64,000 bases of DNA from positions 96,001-160,000 of the forward strand of contig CAWBMV010000022.1 in the NCBI GenBank assembly GCA_963789955.1. Reading direction: 5' to 3'. How positions within the stretch are numbered: position 1 is the first letter of the stretch; every line of letters begins with the position of its first letter. The translations under genes were made by a program, and so were the position numbers. The notes below the pieces were generated by a model. The model saw nothing but the letters and a program-made list of their open reading frames with translations. It had not been told where the DNA came from and did no database searches. Below are positions 1 to 10,325 of this stretch, piece by piece. This DNA comes from an uncultured Candidatus Rokubacteria bacterium (GTDB taxonomy: Bacteria > Methylomirabilota > Methylomirabilia > Rokubacteriales > CSP1-6).

Positions 1-130
1 CAGCGTCTCGCGGGTCAGCGTGGTCGCCGACGAGGACAGCTGGGGCAGGAGCCGCGCGAACGCGTCGACGACCTCGGGGGTCGCCGTGTCGGCAATGCCG
101 ATTTCGATCGGGCTCACGGGCAACCGAACC

Positions 131-481
131 TTACGTCAGCGGGACGTAGTCGTACTCGCCGATGCCCTGGAGCACCAGAAAGACGGCCGAGGTCTCCCCG
201 CCGTTGGTGACGAGGTGGGGACGGCGGGGACGGACCGCGTAGGTCTCGCCCGGGCCCAGGCGCACCTCCTCCTTCGGATCCCGGAGAAAGACACGCAGAC
301 GACCTTCGAGGACATAGAAGGTGTCCTGGATGTTGTTGTGATAGTGCCAGGGCACTTGCTGCCGCGGGCCGATCTGGAGCTCCGAGATCCGAAAGCCCGG
401 CCGCTCGGCGTGCCGTGCCCGACGCTCGACTTCGTAGAGATGGCTCGCGTCCCTCACCCCTTCGCGTTCGACGGCTTCCAT
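131..481 (-). CDS. Cupin domain protein
   Basis: Cupin motifs PWHYH..D.FYVLEG and PHLVTN; 116 aa. Confidence 0.85.
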   Translation of the reverse strand: MEAVEREGVRDASHLYEVERRARHAERPGFRISELQIGPRQQVPWHYHNNIQDTFYVLEGRLRVFLRDPKEEVRLGPGETYAVRPRRPHLVTNGGETSAVFLVLQGIGEYDYVPLT

Positions 482-543
482 GGCGCGCCTCCTCTCGGCG
501 GCGATGGTACCATCGCCGCACCGTCACCTCGGGGGGATCGCTA

Positions 544-1335
544 ATGGCCCAGGAGCTGCTGGAAGTCGTCAAGGATGGAGTCGCCGTGCTCACGCTCAAT
601 CGTCCCGAACGGTTGAACGCCCTGTCGGGATCGATGCTCACCGCGATGCTCGAGGCGCTGCCGCGGCTCGCCGACGATCCGGAGGTCGGTGTGGTCGTCC
701 TGACCGGCGCCGGCCGAGGGTTCTGCGCCGGCGGCGACGTGAAGGCGATGGCGGATGGCCGGGAGTTCACCGGGACCTTCGAGGAGAAGGCGCAGTCGCT
801 CCGCGCGGCGATGGAGGTCTCGCGCTGGCTCCACGAGATGCCGAAGGTAACGATTGCGATGGTTCGAGGTGCGGCGGCCGGCGCGGGCCTTTCCCTGGCG
901 CTGGCGTGCGACCTGCGGGTCGCCAGCGACACGGCGCGGTTCGCGAGTGCCTTCGCCCGCGTCGGCTACTCCGGGGATTTCGGCGGAAGCTGGTATCTCA
1001 CCCAGCTCGTCGGCACCGCCAAGGCGCGTGAGCTGTACTACACGGCCGATATCGTGGACGCTCAGCAGGCTCTGGCGCTCGGCATGGTCAACCGTGTCGT
1101 GCCCGATGCCCGGCTCGAGGAGGAGGCGCTGGCGCTGGCCGGACGACTGGCCCGGGGTCCGCGCGTCGCGTACCGCTACATGAAACGGAACTTCAACGCC
1201 GCCGAGAGCGGCACCCTCAAGGACTCGCTCGACCTCGAGGCCTGGCACCATACGCGATGCGGGATGACCGAGGACCATCGGGAAGCGGCCAAGGCCTTCG
1301 TCGAGAAGCGCGAGCCGGTCTTCAAGGGCCGCTGA
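544..1335 (+). CDS. Enoyl-CoA hydratase/isomerase family protein
   Basis: LNRPERLNAL, FCAGGD, GAGLSLALACDLR, F.EKR.P.FKGR; ATG at 544. Confidence 0.92.
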   Translation: MAQELLEVVKDGVAVLTLNRPERLNALSGSMLTAMLEALPRLADDPEVGVVVLTGAGRGFCAGGDVKAMADGREFTGTFEEKAQSLRAAMEVSRWLHEMPKVTIAMVRGAAAGAGLSLALACDLRVASDTARFASAFARVGYSGDFGGSWYLTQLVGTAKARELYYTADIVDAQQALALGMVNRVVPDARLEEEALALAGRLARGPRVAYRYMKRNFNAAESGTLKDSLDLEAWHHTRCGMTEDHREAAKAFVEKREPVFKGR

Positions 1336-2000
1336 TGGCTTTCACCGGCGAGCTCTGGAAGTCGATCGAGCCCATCTACGCGGCGATCCTCCGTCATCCG
1401 TTCCTGCGCGGACTTACCGATGGATCCCTGCCGCGCGAGAGCTTCAAGTTCTACGCGGTCCAGGATGCGCTCTACCTGCGCGAGTTCGCGCGAGCGTTGT
1501 CGCTCGCCGGCGCCCGGGCGCCCCAGGACGACTGGATCATCATGTTCAACGAGCACGCCGCCGGCGCTCTGAAGGTCGAGCGCTCCTTGCACGAGAGCTT
1601 CTTCCAGGAGTTCGGGCTCACGTCCGAGGGAGTCGCCTCGACACCGCTGGCGCCGACCAACCTGGCCTACACCAGCTATCTGCTGGCCGTCGCGTACGGC
1701 TCGCCCTTTCACGAGGCGATCGCGGCGCTGCTGCCCTGCTACTGGATCTACTGGGAAGTCGGCAAGGAGCTGGAGCGCGTCGGCTCCGCCGACCCTCTCT
1801 ACAAGCGATGGATCGGCACCTATGCCTCCGAGGAGTTCGGGTCGGTCGTTCGCGCCGTACTTGCCGCGACCGATCAGGTGGCGGCGGGCCTGAAGCCGCC
1901 GGAGCGAGAAGCGATGCGCAGGCACTTCATCACGACCAGCCGCTACGAGTGGATGTTCTGGGACATGGGTTTGCGTCGCGAGGCGTGGCCCGGCTGGTGA
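1335..2000 (+). CDS. tenA: Thiaminase II / TenA family
   Basis: HPF, QDALYL, LLPCYWIY, YEWMFWDM motifs; TGATG overlap with the upstream gene. Confidence 0.9.
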   Translation: MAFTGELWKSIEPIYAAILRHPFLRGLTDGSLPRESFKFYAVQDALYLREFARALSLAGARAPQDDWIIMFNEHAAGALKVERSLHESFFQEFGLTSEGVASTPLAPTNLAYTSYLLAVAYGSPFHEAIAALLPCYWIYWEVGKELERVGSADPLYKRWIGTYASEEFGSVVRAVLAATDQVAAGLKPPEREAMRRHFITTSRYEWMFWDMGLRREAWPGW

Positions 2001-2004
2001 ACGA

Positions 2005-2490
2005 GTGAGCATGCCCGAGGCATTCGACCGGGCGACCGAGATCTGGCGAGAGGCCTACCGCCACCAGATGCAGGGGGAGCTCGACCGGGCGATCGAGCTC
2101 TACCGGCGCTCGATCGACGTGTGCCCCACGGCCGAAGCTCACACCTTTCTCGGCTGGACCTATAGCTTCCAGGGGCGCCTCGACGAGGCGACCCAGGAAT
2201 GTATGAGAGCCATCGAGGTCGATCCAGACTTCGGAAACCCTTACAACGACATAGGGTGTTACCTGATGCAGCAGGGGAAGCTCGACGAAGCGGTGCCGTG
2301 GCTCGAGCGGGCGAAGCTGGCCAAGCGCTACGAACCCAGGCAATTCCCCTATATGAACCTCGCGCGGATCCATGTAAGACAGGGACGATGGTGGGACGCG
2401 TTGCGTGAGTTCGAAGGAGCCGTTCGTCTCGCGCCGGGCGACGCGGAGCTCCAGCGTGCGCTTCACTCACTTCGCGGTCGGCTGAACTGA
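2005..2490 (+). CDS. Tetratricopeptide repeat protein
   Basis: TPR helices (AEAHTFLGW, NPYNDIGCYL, PYMNLARI). Confidence 0.85.
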   Translation: MSMPEAFDRATEIWREAYRHQMQGELDRAIELYRRSIDVCPTAEAHTFLGWTYSFQGRLDEATQECMRAIEVDPDFGNPYNDIGCYLMQQGKLDEAVPWLERAKLAKRYEPRQFPYMNLARIHVRQGRWWDALREFEGAVRLAPGDAELQRALHSLRGRLN

Positions 2491-2588
2491 CGTGGCCGTC
2501 AGCCGGCTGACTCGGAAGTGTCCCGAAGCAGAACACACCGGACGCGCGATGTCGCCACTTATCCGCACAAACACTCGCGTCCCAAACA

Positions 2589-2604
2589 TGGCGACCCGGT
2601 TGCA
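2589..2604 (+). promoter_or_regulatory. Putative sigma54 (-24/-12) promoter
   Basis: TGGCGACCCGGTTGCA: GG-N10-GC with TTGCA, ~57 nt upstream of the OmpA ATG. Confidence 0.55.
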
Positions 2605-2660
2605 TTGGTGTCGTCGCGAGCCCAACCACTACAGGTCTGGGCACCAATGAGGAGGCGGCT

Positions 2661-3344
2661 ATGCGACAGGCTGTGATGGTCGGGGTGGTGCTTCCTGCGG
2701 CGCTTCTGCTCGTCAGCGGCTGCGCCACCAAGAAGTGGGTGACCGAGTACGTCGGCAAGGAAAAGGGCGACATCAACTCCGGCGTCGACTCGAAGATGAG
2801 CGCCGAGAGCCAGCGCGTCGACCAGAAGGTCGACGGCGTCGACACCCGGCTGAAGACTGCCGAGGGCACGCTCACCCAGACGTCCGAGACGGCCAAGGGC
2901 GCGAAGGATCGGGCGGACAGCGCTTACACCAAGGCGGATAGCGCTTACACCAAGGCAGACGAGACGAACAGTCGGCTGACCCGGTTGTGGTCGAATCGCA
3001 ACACGCGCAGCCAGGCCGAGACCTATCAGGTCCTGTTCGGCTTCGACAAGTGGGACTTGAACGACGGCGCTCAGACCACGCTGGTCTCCATCATCAAGGA
3101 GATGAAGGAGAATCCCAATCTGACGGTCGATCTGCAGGGCTACGCCGACCCGGTCGGGACGTACCCCTACAATGTCGGACTGAGCCAGCGCCGCGTCGAG
3201 TCGGTCCGTCGCTTCCTGGTCGAGAAGGGGATCGAGCTTCCGAGGATCAACCTCATCGGGCTCGGACCCATCGCGGAGAAGGGGACGCCCAACGCTGAGA
3301 AGCGCAAGGTGACCGTGCGCTTGATGGTCAACAAGGAAGACTAG
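2661..3344 (+). CDS. OmpA-family lipoprotein with coiled-coil N-terminal region
   Basis: Lipobox VSGC; F.FDK..L, GYAD..G..YN..LS.RR..SV peptidoglycan-binding motif; AGGAGG RBS. Confidence 0.9.
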   Translation: MRQAVMVGVVLPAALLLVSGCATKKWVTEYVGKEKGDINSGVDSKMSAESQRVDQKVDGVDTRLKTAEGTLTQTSETAKGAKDRADSAYTKADSAYTKADETNSRLTRLWSNRNTRSQAETYQVLFGFDKWDLNDGAQTTLVSIIKEMKENPNLTVDLQGYADPVGTYPYNVGLSQRRVESVRRFLVEKGIELPRINLIGLGPIAEKGTPNAEKRKVTVRLMVNKED

Positions 3345-3356
3345 CCGTCTGAACCT

Positions 3357-3392
3357 CGGGGACGCGCCCGGATCGCACCGGGCGCGTCCCCG
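3357..3392. terminator. GC-rich hairpin between convergent genes
   Basis: CGGGGACGCGCCCGG-atcgca-CCGGGCGCGTCCCCG, 15-bp perfect stem. Confidence 0.7.
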
Positions 3393-3401
3393 CTTCCAAG
3401 C

Positions 3402-4277
3402 TCACGTTCGTCGAACGAAGGCCGCGAGCGCGCGGCCGATCTCGTCCGGCGAATCCTCCTGTACGAAGTGGCTGCCCCTCACCGTGACCTCCTGCTGATT
3501 GGGCCACCTCCGGCAAAAGTCCCGCTGGGCGCCCACGAGGATCGATCCAGGATCCGCGTTGATGAAGAGCTTTGGAATCGGGCTCTTCGAGAGCCAGTCG
3601 CCGTACTCCTGAACGATGCGGACGACGTCCGCGGGCTCGCCGTCTACCGGGATCTCGCGTGGCCAGGTGAGGGTGGGGCGTCGTGACTCGCCGGCCTCTC
3701 GATACGGAGTCCGGTAGCGCTCCATCTCCTCGGCGGTGAGGCCGCGGATGACGCTCGCCGGAAGGATCCGCTCGACGAACACATTCTTCTGCAGGACCAT
3801 CTCCTCGCCGCCCGGCGAGCGCATGCCCTGGAAGACCTTGCGCGCCGCCTCCGGCCACTCCTGCCAGGTCACAGGCCGCACGATCGCTTCCATGTACGCG
3901 ACGCCCTTCAGGCGCTCTGGATGACGCCGGGCCCAGTGAAAACCGAGCGCCGAACCCCAGTCGTGCACGACGAGTACGACGTTTCGCGAAAGCCCTAGCG
4001 CTTCGAACCAGGCGTCGAGATACCGCGCGTGATCGACGAACCGATAGGTTCCGCTCGGGGATTTGCCGGAGTCACCCATGCCGACCAGGTCGGGGGCCAG
4101 GCAGCGGGACTGTCCGGCGACATGAGGAATGACGTTGCGCCAGAGATACGAGGAGGTCGGGTTGCCGTGCAGAAAGACGATCGGGTCGCCGGCGCCGGTG
4201 TCGACGTAGGCCATCTCGGTATCCAGGACTCGGACACGCTTGCGGAGGTACGGATCGGCGGCAGAAAGGGGACTCAT
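3402..4277 (-). CDS. Haloalkane dehalogenase (alpha/beta hydrolase)
   Basis: [18 protein letters not shown] nucleophile, [12 protein letters not shown]. Confidence 0.92.
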   Translation of the reverse strand: MSPLSAADPYLRKRVRVLDTEMAYVDTGAGDPIVFLHGNPTSSYLWRNVIPHVAGQSRCLAPDLVGMGDSGKSPSGTYRFVDHARYLDAWFEALGLSRNVVLVVHDWGSALGFHWARRHPERLKGVAYMEAIVRPVTWQEWPEAARKVFQGMRSPGGEEMVLQKNVFVERILPASVIRGLTAEEMERYRTPYREAGESRRPTLTWPREIPVDGEPADVVRIVQEYGDWLSKSPIPKLFINADPGSILVGAQRDFCRRWPNQQEVTVRGSHFVQEDSPDEIGRALAAFVRRT

Positions 4278-4431
4278 GCGGCCGATTGTAGCCGACCTGG
4301 ATCGACGCCGCGACGCGGGGTTAGCCGGCATCATCGCGAAGCGAGGCCGTTACCCGGGGATACGACATAATCGTTCGTGGGACGGTATTCGGGCTTCGCC
4401 CGGCCGTCTCGGCCAAGCCCGAAGGACGGAG

Positions 4432-5635
4432 ATGATCGGATCGCGATTCAGCCCTGAGACTCGCCGCGCCCTCCGCATCGACATCTCTGCGACACTCCTG
4501 TTCACGGTCTTCGCCGCGCTGACCGCTCCGTTCCTCGGTCTGATCCTGCGGCGCGACCTCGGCGCCACCCCACTGCAGCTCGCCGTGATGTCCTCGGCGT
4601 GCGGCGCATGCCTGCTCTTGTCGCTGTTGTGGGCGCGGGTGTCCCATGGGCGGCCGCCGCTGCCGTATCTGGTCTGGCCGGCGTTCGTGGCGCGCGGTGT
4701 CTTTCTCCTGGTGCCGTTCGTGAGCTCGGCGTGGTCGTTCGTCGGCCTCGTGATCGCCAGGGATTTCTTCGGCGCCGCCGTGGCGCCGGCACAGGCCGCG
4801 GTCGTCGAGCGAGTCTATCCGCGCGCTCAGCGTGCCCGCGCTCTCGGCCTGGTCCGCATGGCGGGCGCAGTGCTGGGGATCGGGCTTGCCCTGCCCGCGG
4901 GCCAGCTCTTCGATCGAGTCGGCTACCGCTGGATCTTCGTCGCAGCGGCCCTTCTGGGCATGGCCGCGAGCCTCCGTCTGCGGCGGCTCGCCGTGCCCGA
5001 GCCTGAGACCGTCGGAGGCGAGGCTCCGGCGGGCCTCCGCGATGCCTGGGAGACGGTGCGCGACGATCACGCCTTTCGCCGGCTCCTGGTCGCGTCGTTT
5101 CTGTTCGGCTTCGGCTGCTGGATCCAGACGCCCGCGCATCCGCTCTTACTCGTCGACGTGCTCCAGGTGAGCGCGTCACAGGTCGGTGTGTTCGCTGCGG
5201 TGGCCGCGGTCGCGACCTTGGCGGGCAGCGCCTATTGGGGCTGGCTGGTCGACCGGAAGTCGAGCCTCGAGGCGCTGCGCGTGATGTACCTGGTCGGCGC
5301 GACGACGCCTCTCATCTATTACCTCGCCTGGAGCCCCTGGGTGCTGCGTCGCGAGCGCGGTCACGGACTCGCTGGTGTCCGTCGGGCTCGAGCTCGTCTG
5401 GATGTTGGCGGTGATCGACGTCGCGGGGCCTCAGCGCACGGCCCAGTACGTGGCCATCGGCGCGACGCTCGCCGGGGTGCGCGGCATCGCCGGACCGCTC
5501 GTCGGCGGGCTCGTGATCCATTCCTTCGGCATCCACGCGGTCTACCTCATCGCGTCGATCCTCACGTTTTCCGGGGCGTGGCTCATCGGCCGCGAGCTGC
5601 GGGTTCGCGTGCCGGCGCCGGTGCTCACGCCATGA
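4432..5635 (+). CDS. MFS transporter (one apparent frameshift near 5345)
   Basis: Multiple TM segments, G.LFDRVG motif; C-terminus continues in ORF 5375..5635. Confidence 0.75.
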
Positions 5636-5706
5636 GCCCTGCGGGCCGCCCCCAGCCGAGCCCGAGGTTTTTCGGTGTGATCCGCTCCGCACCGTATACT
5701 TCTGGC

Positions 5707-6324
5707 ATGGGCAGGATGCTGACGACCCTCACGGTCGCCCTGGTGCTGTTCGCCGCCTCGCCCGGGTGGGCCGGGCCCACCGATCAGCTCCGCGAGTACA
5801 CCGACCAGGTGACCAAGGTCCTCGACGACCCGTCGCTGCCGCGCCAGGATCGCCGCGCGGCCGTGCGAAAGATCGCGCACGAGGCGTTCGACATCTCCGA
5901 GTCGGCCCAGCGGGTCCTCGCGCGGCACTGGCAGGCGCGCACGCCGGCCGAGCGCGACGAGTTCACGCAGCTCTTCGCCGACCTGCTGGAGCGGACCTAT
6001 ATCGCACGGATGGACGAGTACGGCGGCGAGCGGATCCGATACACCGGCGAGACGGTCGACGGCAACTTCGCCTCGGTGCGGGCGCGCATCGTGACGAGGA
6101 GCGGTACCGAGGTCGCCGTGGAATCCCGCATGAACCTTCGCGGCGACCGCTGGCTGATCTACGACATCCTCATCGAGAACGTCAGCCTCGTGGCGAACTA
6201 TCGCTCGCAGTTCGACCGGATCATCCGATCGAGCTCCTACGAAGAGCTCGTGAAGCGGCTCAAGACCAAGCGCGACGAGTTTCTGAACGAGTCGGCCCCG
6301 CGCGCCCGTCGCTCCTCCGGGTAG
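5707..6324 (+). CDS. MlaC/Ttg2D-family phospholipid-binding periplasmic protein
   Basis: Signal peptide; W.IYDI.IENVSLVANYRSQF motif. Confidence 0.88.
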   Translation: MGRMLTTLTVALVLFAASPGWAGPTDQLREYTDQVTKVLDDPSLPRQDRRAAVRKIAHEAFDISESAQRVLARHWQARTPAERDEFTQLFADLLERTYIARMDEYGGERIRYTGETVDGNFASVRARIVTRSGTEVAVESRMNLRGDRWLIYDILIENVSLVANYRSQFDRIIRSSSYEELVKRLKTKRDEFLNESAPRARRSSG

Positions 6325-6379
6325 CTGTCTCTCCAGCCGGGTCGTTGACCCGCCGTCGCAATCTGTTAGATTTCAAAGC

Positions 6380-6694
6380 GTGACGACCCTTCCTGCCGCG
6401 ACCGTGCCGATCGAGATCGCCTCGTGGATCACGAAGTTCGTCGGCGGCGATGGCTCGGGCCGGCGCGTCGTCGACGAGCCGCTCGCCCCGGGCGCCACCG
6501 TCCGCAGCGTGCTGACGGGACTGTCGGCCAAGTTCCCCGAGCTCCACAAGGCCCTCTGGCACGGCAAAGACCTGGGCGAGCACATCGAGGTCCTCGTCAA
6601 CGACGCGGTGCTCGGCATCGAGCACGATCTCGACTCTCCGCTGCGCCCGGGAGATCGGATCACGCTCCTCGCCCAGTTCATGGGCGGGGCCTAG
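6380..6694 (+). CDS. MoaD/ThiS-family sulfur carrier
   Basis: Ubiquitin-like fold, VLVND...L..GD.ITLL, C-terminal GG(A). Confidence 0.8.
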   Translation: MTTLPAATVPIEIASWITKFVGGDGSGRRVVDEPLAPGATVRSVLTGLSAKFPELHKALWHGKDLGEHIEVLVNDAVLGIEHDLDSPLRPGDRITLLAQFMGGA

Positions 6695-6716
6695 CACCCA
6701 CCTTCGGCTCCGGTCG

Positions 6717-7001
6717 ATGGCGAGCTACCAGATCATCGCCTGGAAGGACGTGCCGGCGATGGTCGAGGCCTCCGACGGCGCCGAGACCGTCACCCGCCAG
6801 CTGAGCGACCGCTTCCAGCAGCTCATCGACTCGGTGGCGATGCGGCTCGGGCTCCAGGATCAGGACGCGTATCTCGACCTGTGGGCCCGCGGGGCCGTGC
6901 AGGAGCGGTCGGGGAGCGCGACGGAGGTCGCCGACGCGGTCGTCGCCGAGCTCGAGGCACGCTTCCCCGAGTTCATCTCGCAAGCGTTCAATCGGCCGTG
7001 A
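6717..7001 (+). CDS. Small conserved protein ('virulence factor' family-like)
   Basis: I.W.D.P..V, LSDRFQ..ID..AM, AYL..W pattern. Confidence 0.7.
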   Translation: MASYQIIAWKDVPAMVEASDGAETVTRQLSDRFQQLIDSVAMRLGLQDQDAYLDLWARGAVQERSGSATEVADAVVAELEARFPEFISQAFNRP

Positions 7002-8236
7002 GACCCGACGGCTGGCTGCTCGCCGTCTGCCTTGCGCGGACCTGCATGACGTCGGTGTTCATGACCTACGCAGCGGTCGTCCCGGTGTTGAGGACTCAAT
7101 GGGGGATGTCGGCGACCGCCGCCGGATCCGTCTCGACCGGCTTTCAGCTCGGCTACGCGGTCGCGCTCGTCGCGTTTTCGGCGATGGCCGACCGGGTCGG
7201 CGCACGCCGTGTTTTCATCGGGTCGGCGTGGCTCAGCGCGGTCACCGCGATCGCGTTCGGCCTCTGGGCCCGCTCCTACACGACCGGCCTCGTGCTCTAC
7301 ACGCTCATGGCGCTCTCTCAGGGCGGGACGTACACGACGGCGATCATGCTGATCGCGGACCGGTACCCGGTCGAGCGGCGCGGCGCCGCGGTCGGCTGGC
7401 TGATCGCCAGCTCGTCGGCGGGCTATGCGCTCTCCCTCCTGCTCGCGGCGCCATCGCTGGCCTGGGGCGGCTACGAAACGGCGTTTCTGGTGAGCGCGTG
7501 CGGCCCGGTCGTCGGCGTCGTCGTGCTCTGGTTCGCGCTCCGGACCACGCCCAACACCATCCATCCGCCGCATGCCGGTGCCCGCTTCGGCTCGGCCGTG
7601 CTGAAGAACCGCCCGGCGATGCGGCTGATCTTCGGGTACACCTTCCATTCCTGGGAGCTCCTGGGCATGTGGGCGTGGACGCCGGCGTTCATCGCCGCGG
7701 TCTTCGCCGCGACCGGCGCCGGCATGATTCGCGCGGTCGAGCTGGCCGGCTACCTTTCGGCCGCCTTCCATCTGACCGGGCTCGTCGCCTCGTCCTCGAT
7801 GGGTCGACTGTCCGACAGGCTCGGGCGCCGCGTCGTGCTGTTCGCGCTCGCGTCCATCAGCGCGGTGTGCTCGCTGGTGTTCGGCTGGCTGATCGCGGCG
7901 CCCGTCGCGATCGTCTTCGCGGTCGGCGCGCTCTACGGATTTACCGCGCTCGGGGACTCGCCCGTGCTGTCGACCGCGCTCACCGAAGCGGTGGGCGCGT
8001 CCCATCTCGGGGCGGCCCTGGCGCTTCGCTCGTTTCTGGGCTTCGGAGCCGGTGCCGTCGCACCGATCGTGTTCGGCCGGATCCTCGACCTGACGAACGC
8101 GCCGGGACCGTCGCCGGCAACATGGGGCTGGGCCTTCGTGGCGCTCGGGGGCGGCGGGCTCCTGGCGGCGTATTGCGCGTGGGGGCTGGCTCCAGATCGG
8201 CTCAGGGTCGTGCGCGCGAAGGCGCCGTCGTTGTAA
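6998..8236 (+). CDS. MFS transporter
   Basis: About 12 TM segments; ADRVG.R and GRLSDRLGRR motifs. Confidence 0.88.
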   Translation: MRPDGWLLAVCLARTCMTSVFMTYAAVVPVLRTQWGMSATAAGSVSTGFQLGYAVALVAFSAMADRVGARRVFIGSAWLSAVTAIAFGLWARSYTTGLVLYTLMALSQGGTYTTAIMLIADRYPVERRGAAVGWLIASSSAGYALSLLLAAPSLAWGGYETAFLVSACGPVVGVVVLWFALRTTPNTIHPPHAGARFGSAVLKNRPAMRLIFGYTFHSWELLGMWAWTPAFIAAVFAATGAGMIRAVELAGYLSAAFHLTGLVASSSMGRLSDRLGRRVVLFALASISAVCSLVFGWLIAAPVAIVFAVGALYGFTALGDSPVLSTALTEAVGASHLGAALALRSFLGFGAGAVAPIVFGRILDLTNAPGPSPATWGWAFVALGGGGLLAAYCAWGLAPDRLRVVRAKAPSL

Positions 8237-8246
8237 TAAGCTAGCC

Positions 8247-9197
8247 GTGAGACGAGCATGCCGAGAGCCGATCTCGATCAAGCTGATCGAAGACACGGCG
8301 CGCGAGCTGACGGCGCGCGCCGCCATCGACATCCCCGCCGACTATCGCGAAGGTGTCCGGCGGGCCCGCGATCGCGAGCAGAACCGCATCGCCCGCTTCG
8401 TGCTCACCGAGATGGACCACAACTGGGACATCGCGACGGAAGAGCGCCGTCCGATGTGCGCCGACACCGGGCTCCCGCGCTACTACGTCCGTGCCGGAAA
8501 CGACGCGCTCGTCGAGGGCGGATTCGTGGCGCTCGAGCGCGCGCTCCGTCGAGCGACCGCCGACGCGACGGCGTCGATTCCGCTGCGGCCCAACCGCGTC
8601 CATCCGCTGACCCGTGTGGATCACGACAACAACGTCGGCATTCATGCTCCCGAGGTCACCTACGCCTTCGAGCCCGGCGGCGACTGGATCGACATCACCA
8701 CGGTGCACAAGGGCGGGCTCTTCGGCAGCGACTATCGCATGCTGTTCCCGGCCGACGGCATCGGGGGCATCAAGCGATTCTTCGTCGACACGCTCGTGCA
8801 GTTCGGCAAGCGCGGCCTGGCGTGCCAGCCCGCGATCGTCGGCCTCGGCATCGGCGGATCGAAAGACACCTGCGTACGGCTCGGGAAGGAAGCGGCGTGC
8901 CTGCGCACGGTCGGCAGCCGGAACCCGGATCCGGCGATCGCGGCGCTCGAGGACGAGCTGACCGCGCTCGGCAACTATATCGGTATCGGCGCGATGGGAT
9001 TCGCCGGCACCTCGCTCGTCGTCGCGACGCACGTCGAGGTGGCCTTCTCGCACACCGGCGGCATGCCGGTCGGGCTCCACAGCTTCTGTCTGTCCTCGCG
9101 ACGGGCGACGGCCCGCATCCATCCCGACGGGCGGGTCGAGTTTCGCGCGGACCCGATGTGGTTCACCGACTACTACCGGCGCGAGGGAATCGAGTGA
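8247..9197 (+). CDS. Fe-S hydro-lyase (tartrate dehydratase/fumarase) alpha subunit-like
   Basis: PMCADTG, PLRPN.V, AC.P.IVG.GIGG, GIG.MG, third Cys near the C-terminus. Confidence 0.85.
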   Translation: MRRACREPISIKLIEDTARELTARAAIDIPADYREGVRRARDREQNRIARFVLTEMDHNWDIATEERRPMCADTGLPRYYVRAGNDALVEGGFVALERALRRATADATASIPLRPNRVHPLTRVDHDNNVGIHAPEVTYAFEPGGDWIDITTVHKGGLFGSDYRMLFPADGIGGIKRFFVDTLVQFGKRGLACQPAIVGLGIGGSKDTCVRLGKEAACLRTVGSRNPDPAIAALEDELTALGNYIGIGAMGFAGTSLVVATHVEVAFSHTGGMPVGLHSFCLSSRRATARIHPDGRVEFRADPMWFTDYYRREGIE

Positions 9198-9889
9198 CGG
9201 CGCCGGCGATCGAACGGCTTGGCGACGTCAGGATGGACGAGGTCCGGCTGACGACGCCCGTGACCGACGCCGACCTGGCCGGCCTGAAGCTCGGTGACGT
9301 CGTGTACCTCGACGGCGTGCTCTACACGGCGCGCGAGGGCGTCTACCGGCGTGTCGTCGACGAGGGCGTCGATCTGCCCGCGGGCGTGCGCGCGCTGACC
9401 AACGTCAACTTCCATTGCTCGCCCGCCGCCACGGTGCGGCCCGACGGGACGTATGCGGTCGAGGCGGTCACCGCGACGGCGAGCTTTCGCTTCGGCAAGT
9501 CGATGAGCCGCTGGTTCGAGCGCTCGGGCGCCAAGCTGATCGTGGGCAAGGCCGGTCTCACCGAGACCGCATACCGCGAATGGTTCGTGCCCCACGGCGC
9601 CGTGTATCTGACCACCGTCGGCTACGGCCTGGGCGCGGCGTATGGGCGCGCGATCAAGCGCGTCGTCGACGTGCACTGGCTCGAGCTCGGCATCGCCCAG
9701 GCTCTCTGGGTGCTCGAGGTCGAGAGGCTCGGGCCCTTTCTGGTCGAGGGCGATCGTCAAGGGCGAAGCCTGTTTGCCCTGGCGAATCGCGAGATCAATC
9801 TCCGGCTGGACGAGGTCTATCGGGGACTCCCGCCGTTCTCGATGGGTCGCTTCGGCGAGACCACCGCCCGCAAAGACGAGGTCGTCTAA
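9194..9889 (+). CDS. Fe-S hydro-lyase beta subunit-like
   Basis: L..GD.VYL.G.LYTAR, IVGK, GAVYL, W.LEVE..GP; GTGA overlap (alternative ATG at 9233). Confidence 0.82.
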   Translation: MTAPAIERLGDVRMDEVRLTTPVTDADLAGLKLGDVVYLDGVLYTAREGVYRRVVDEGVDLPAGVRALTNVNFHCSPAATVRPDGTYAVEAVTATASFRFGKSMSRWFERSGAKLIVGKAGLTETAYREWFVPHGAVYLTTVGYGLGAAYGRAIKRVVDVHWLELGIAQALWVLEVERLGPFLVEGDRQGRSLFALANREINLRLDEVYRGLPPFSMGRFGETTARKDEVV

Positions 9890-9948
9890 CCCGTCCCGCT
9901 CAGGCGCCCGCCTCGGCAGCCCGCAGCCGAGCGCCGGCCCCGAAGATT

Positions 9949-9990
9949 TGACACCGTTGTGACGATTGCGGCTTCGGGCCCCGCCATACT
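9949..9990 (+). promoter_or_regulatory. Putative OmpR-family direct-repeat box plus -10 element
   Basis: TGACA (9949) and TGACG (9960) at 11-bp period, CATACT at 9985-9990, upstream of an operon encoding an OmpR-type regulator. Confidence 0.4.
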
Positions 9991-10026
9991 TCCCGTAGCA
10001 GTCGACATTCCATCCGTTCAAGGAGG

Positions 10027-10323
10027 ATGCACATGCTGAAGCGGGCAGGGGGGCTGGGGCGCGCGGTCGTGGTCGCGGTGGTCGGCATCGTGTTCGGGCT
10101 CGGCGGAGTTGTCGGCGAGTCGTTCGCGCAGAGCGACATGAAGAAAGACGACAAGATGAAGATGGACGACAAGATGAAGACCGGCGACACGATGAGGTCG
10201 AGCGACGCGATGAAGTCGGGCGACAGATGAAGTCGAGCGACACGATGATGAAGGGTGAGAAGGAGATGAAGGAAGGACGATAAGATGATGCAGGGCGACA
10301 AGACCATGGAGAAGAAGCAGTAG
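10027..10323 (+). CDS. Secreted methionine-rich repeat protein (MXKDX-like); two compensating apparent indels near 10226 and 10271
   Basis: Signal peptide then MKKDDK MKMDDK MKTGDT MRSSDA...; TAG at 10321 is in frame with ATG 10027. Confidence 0.75.
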
Positions 10324-10325
10324 CC

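Noticed and set aside
1257..1335. TPP riboswitch before tenA
   Set aside because: tenA overlaps the upstream stop codon, leaving no leader
4240..6324. MFS-MlaC fusion (694 aa)
   Set aside because: Produced by an indel near 5345; the MFS ends at 5635 and MlaC has its own signal peptide
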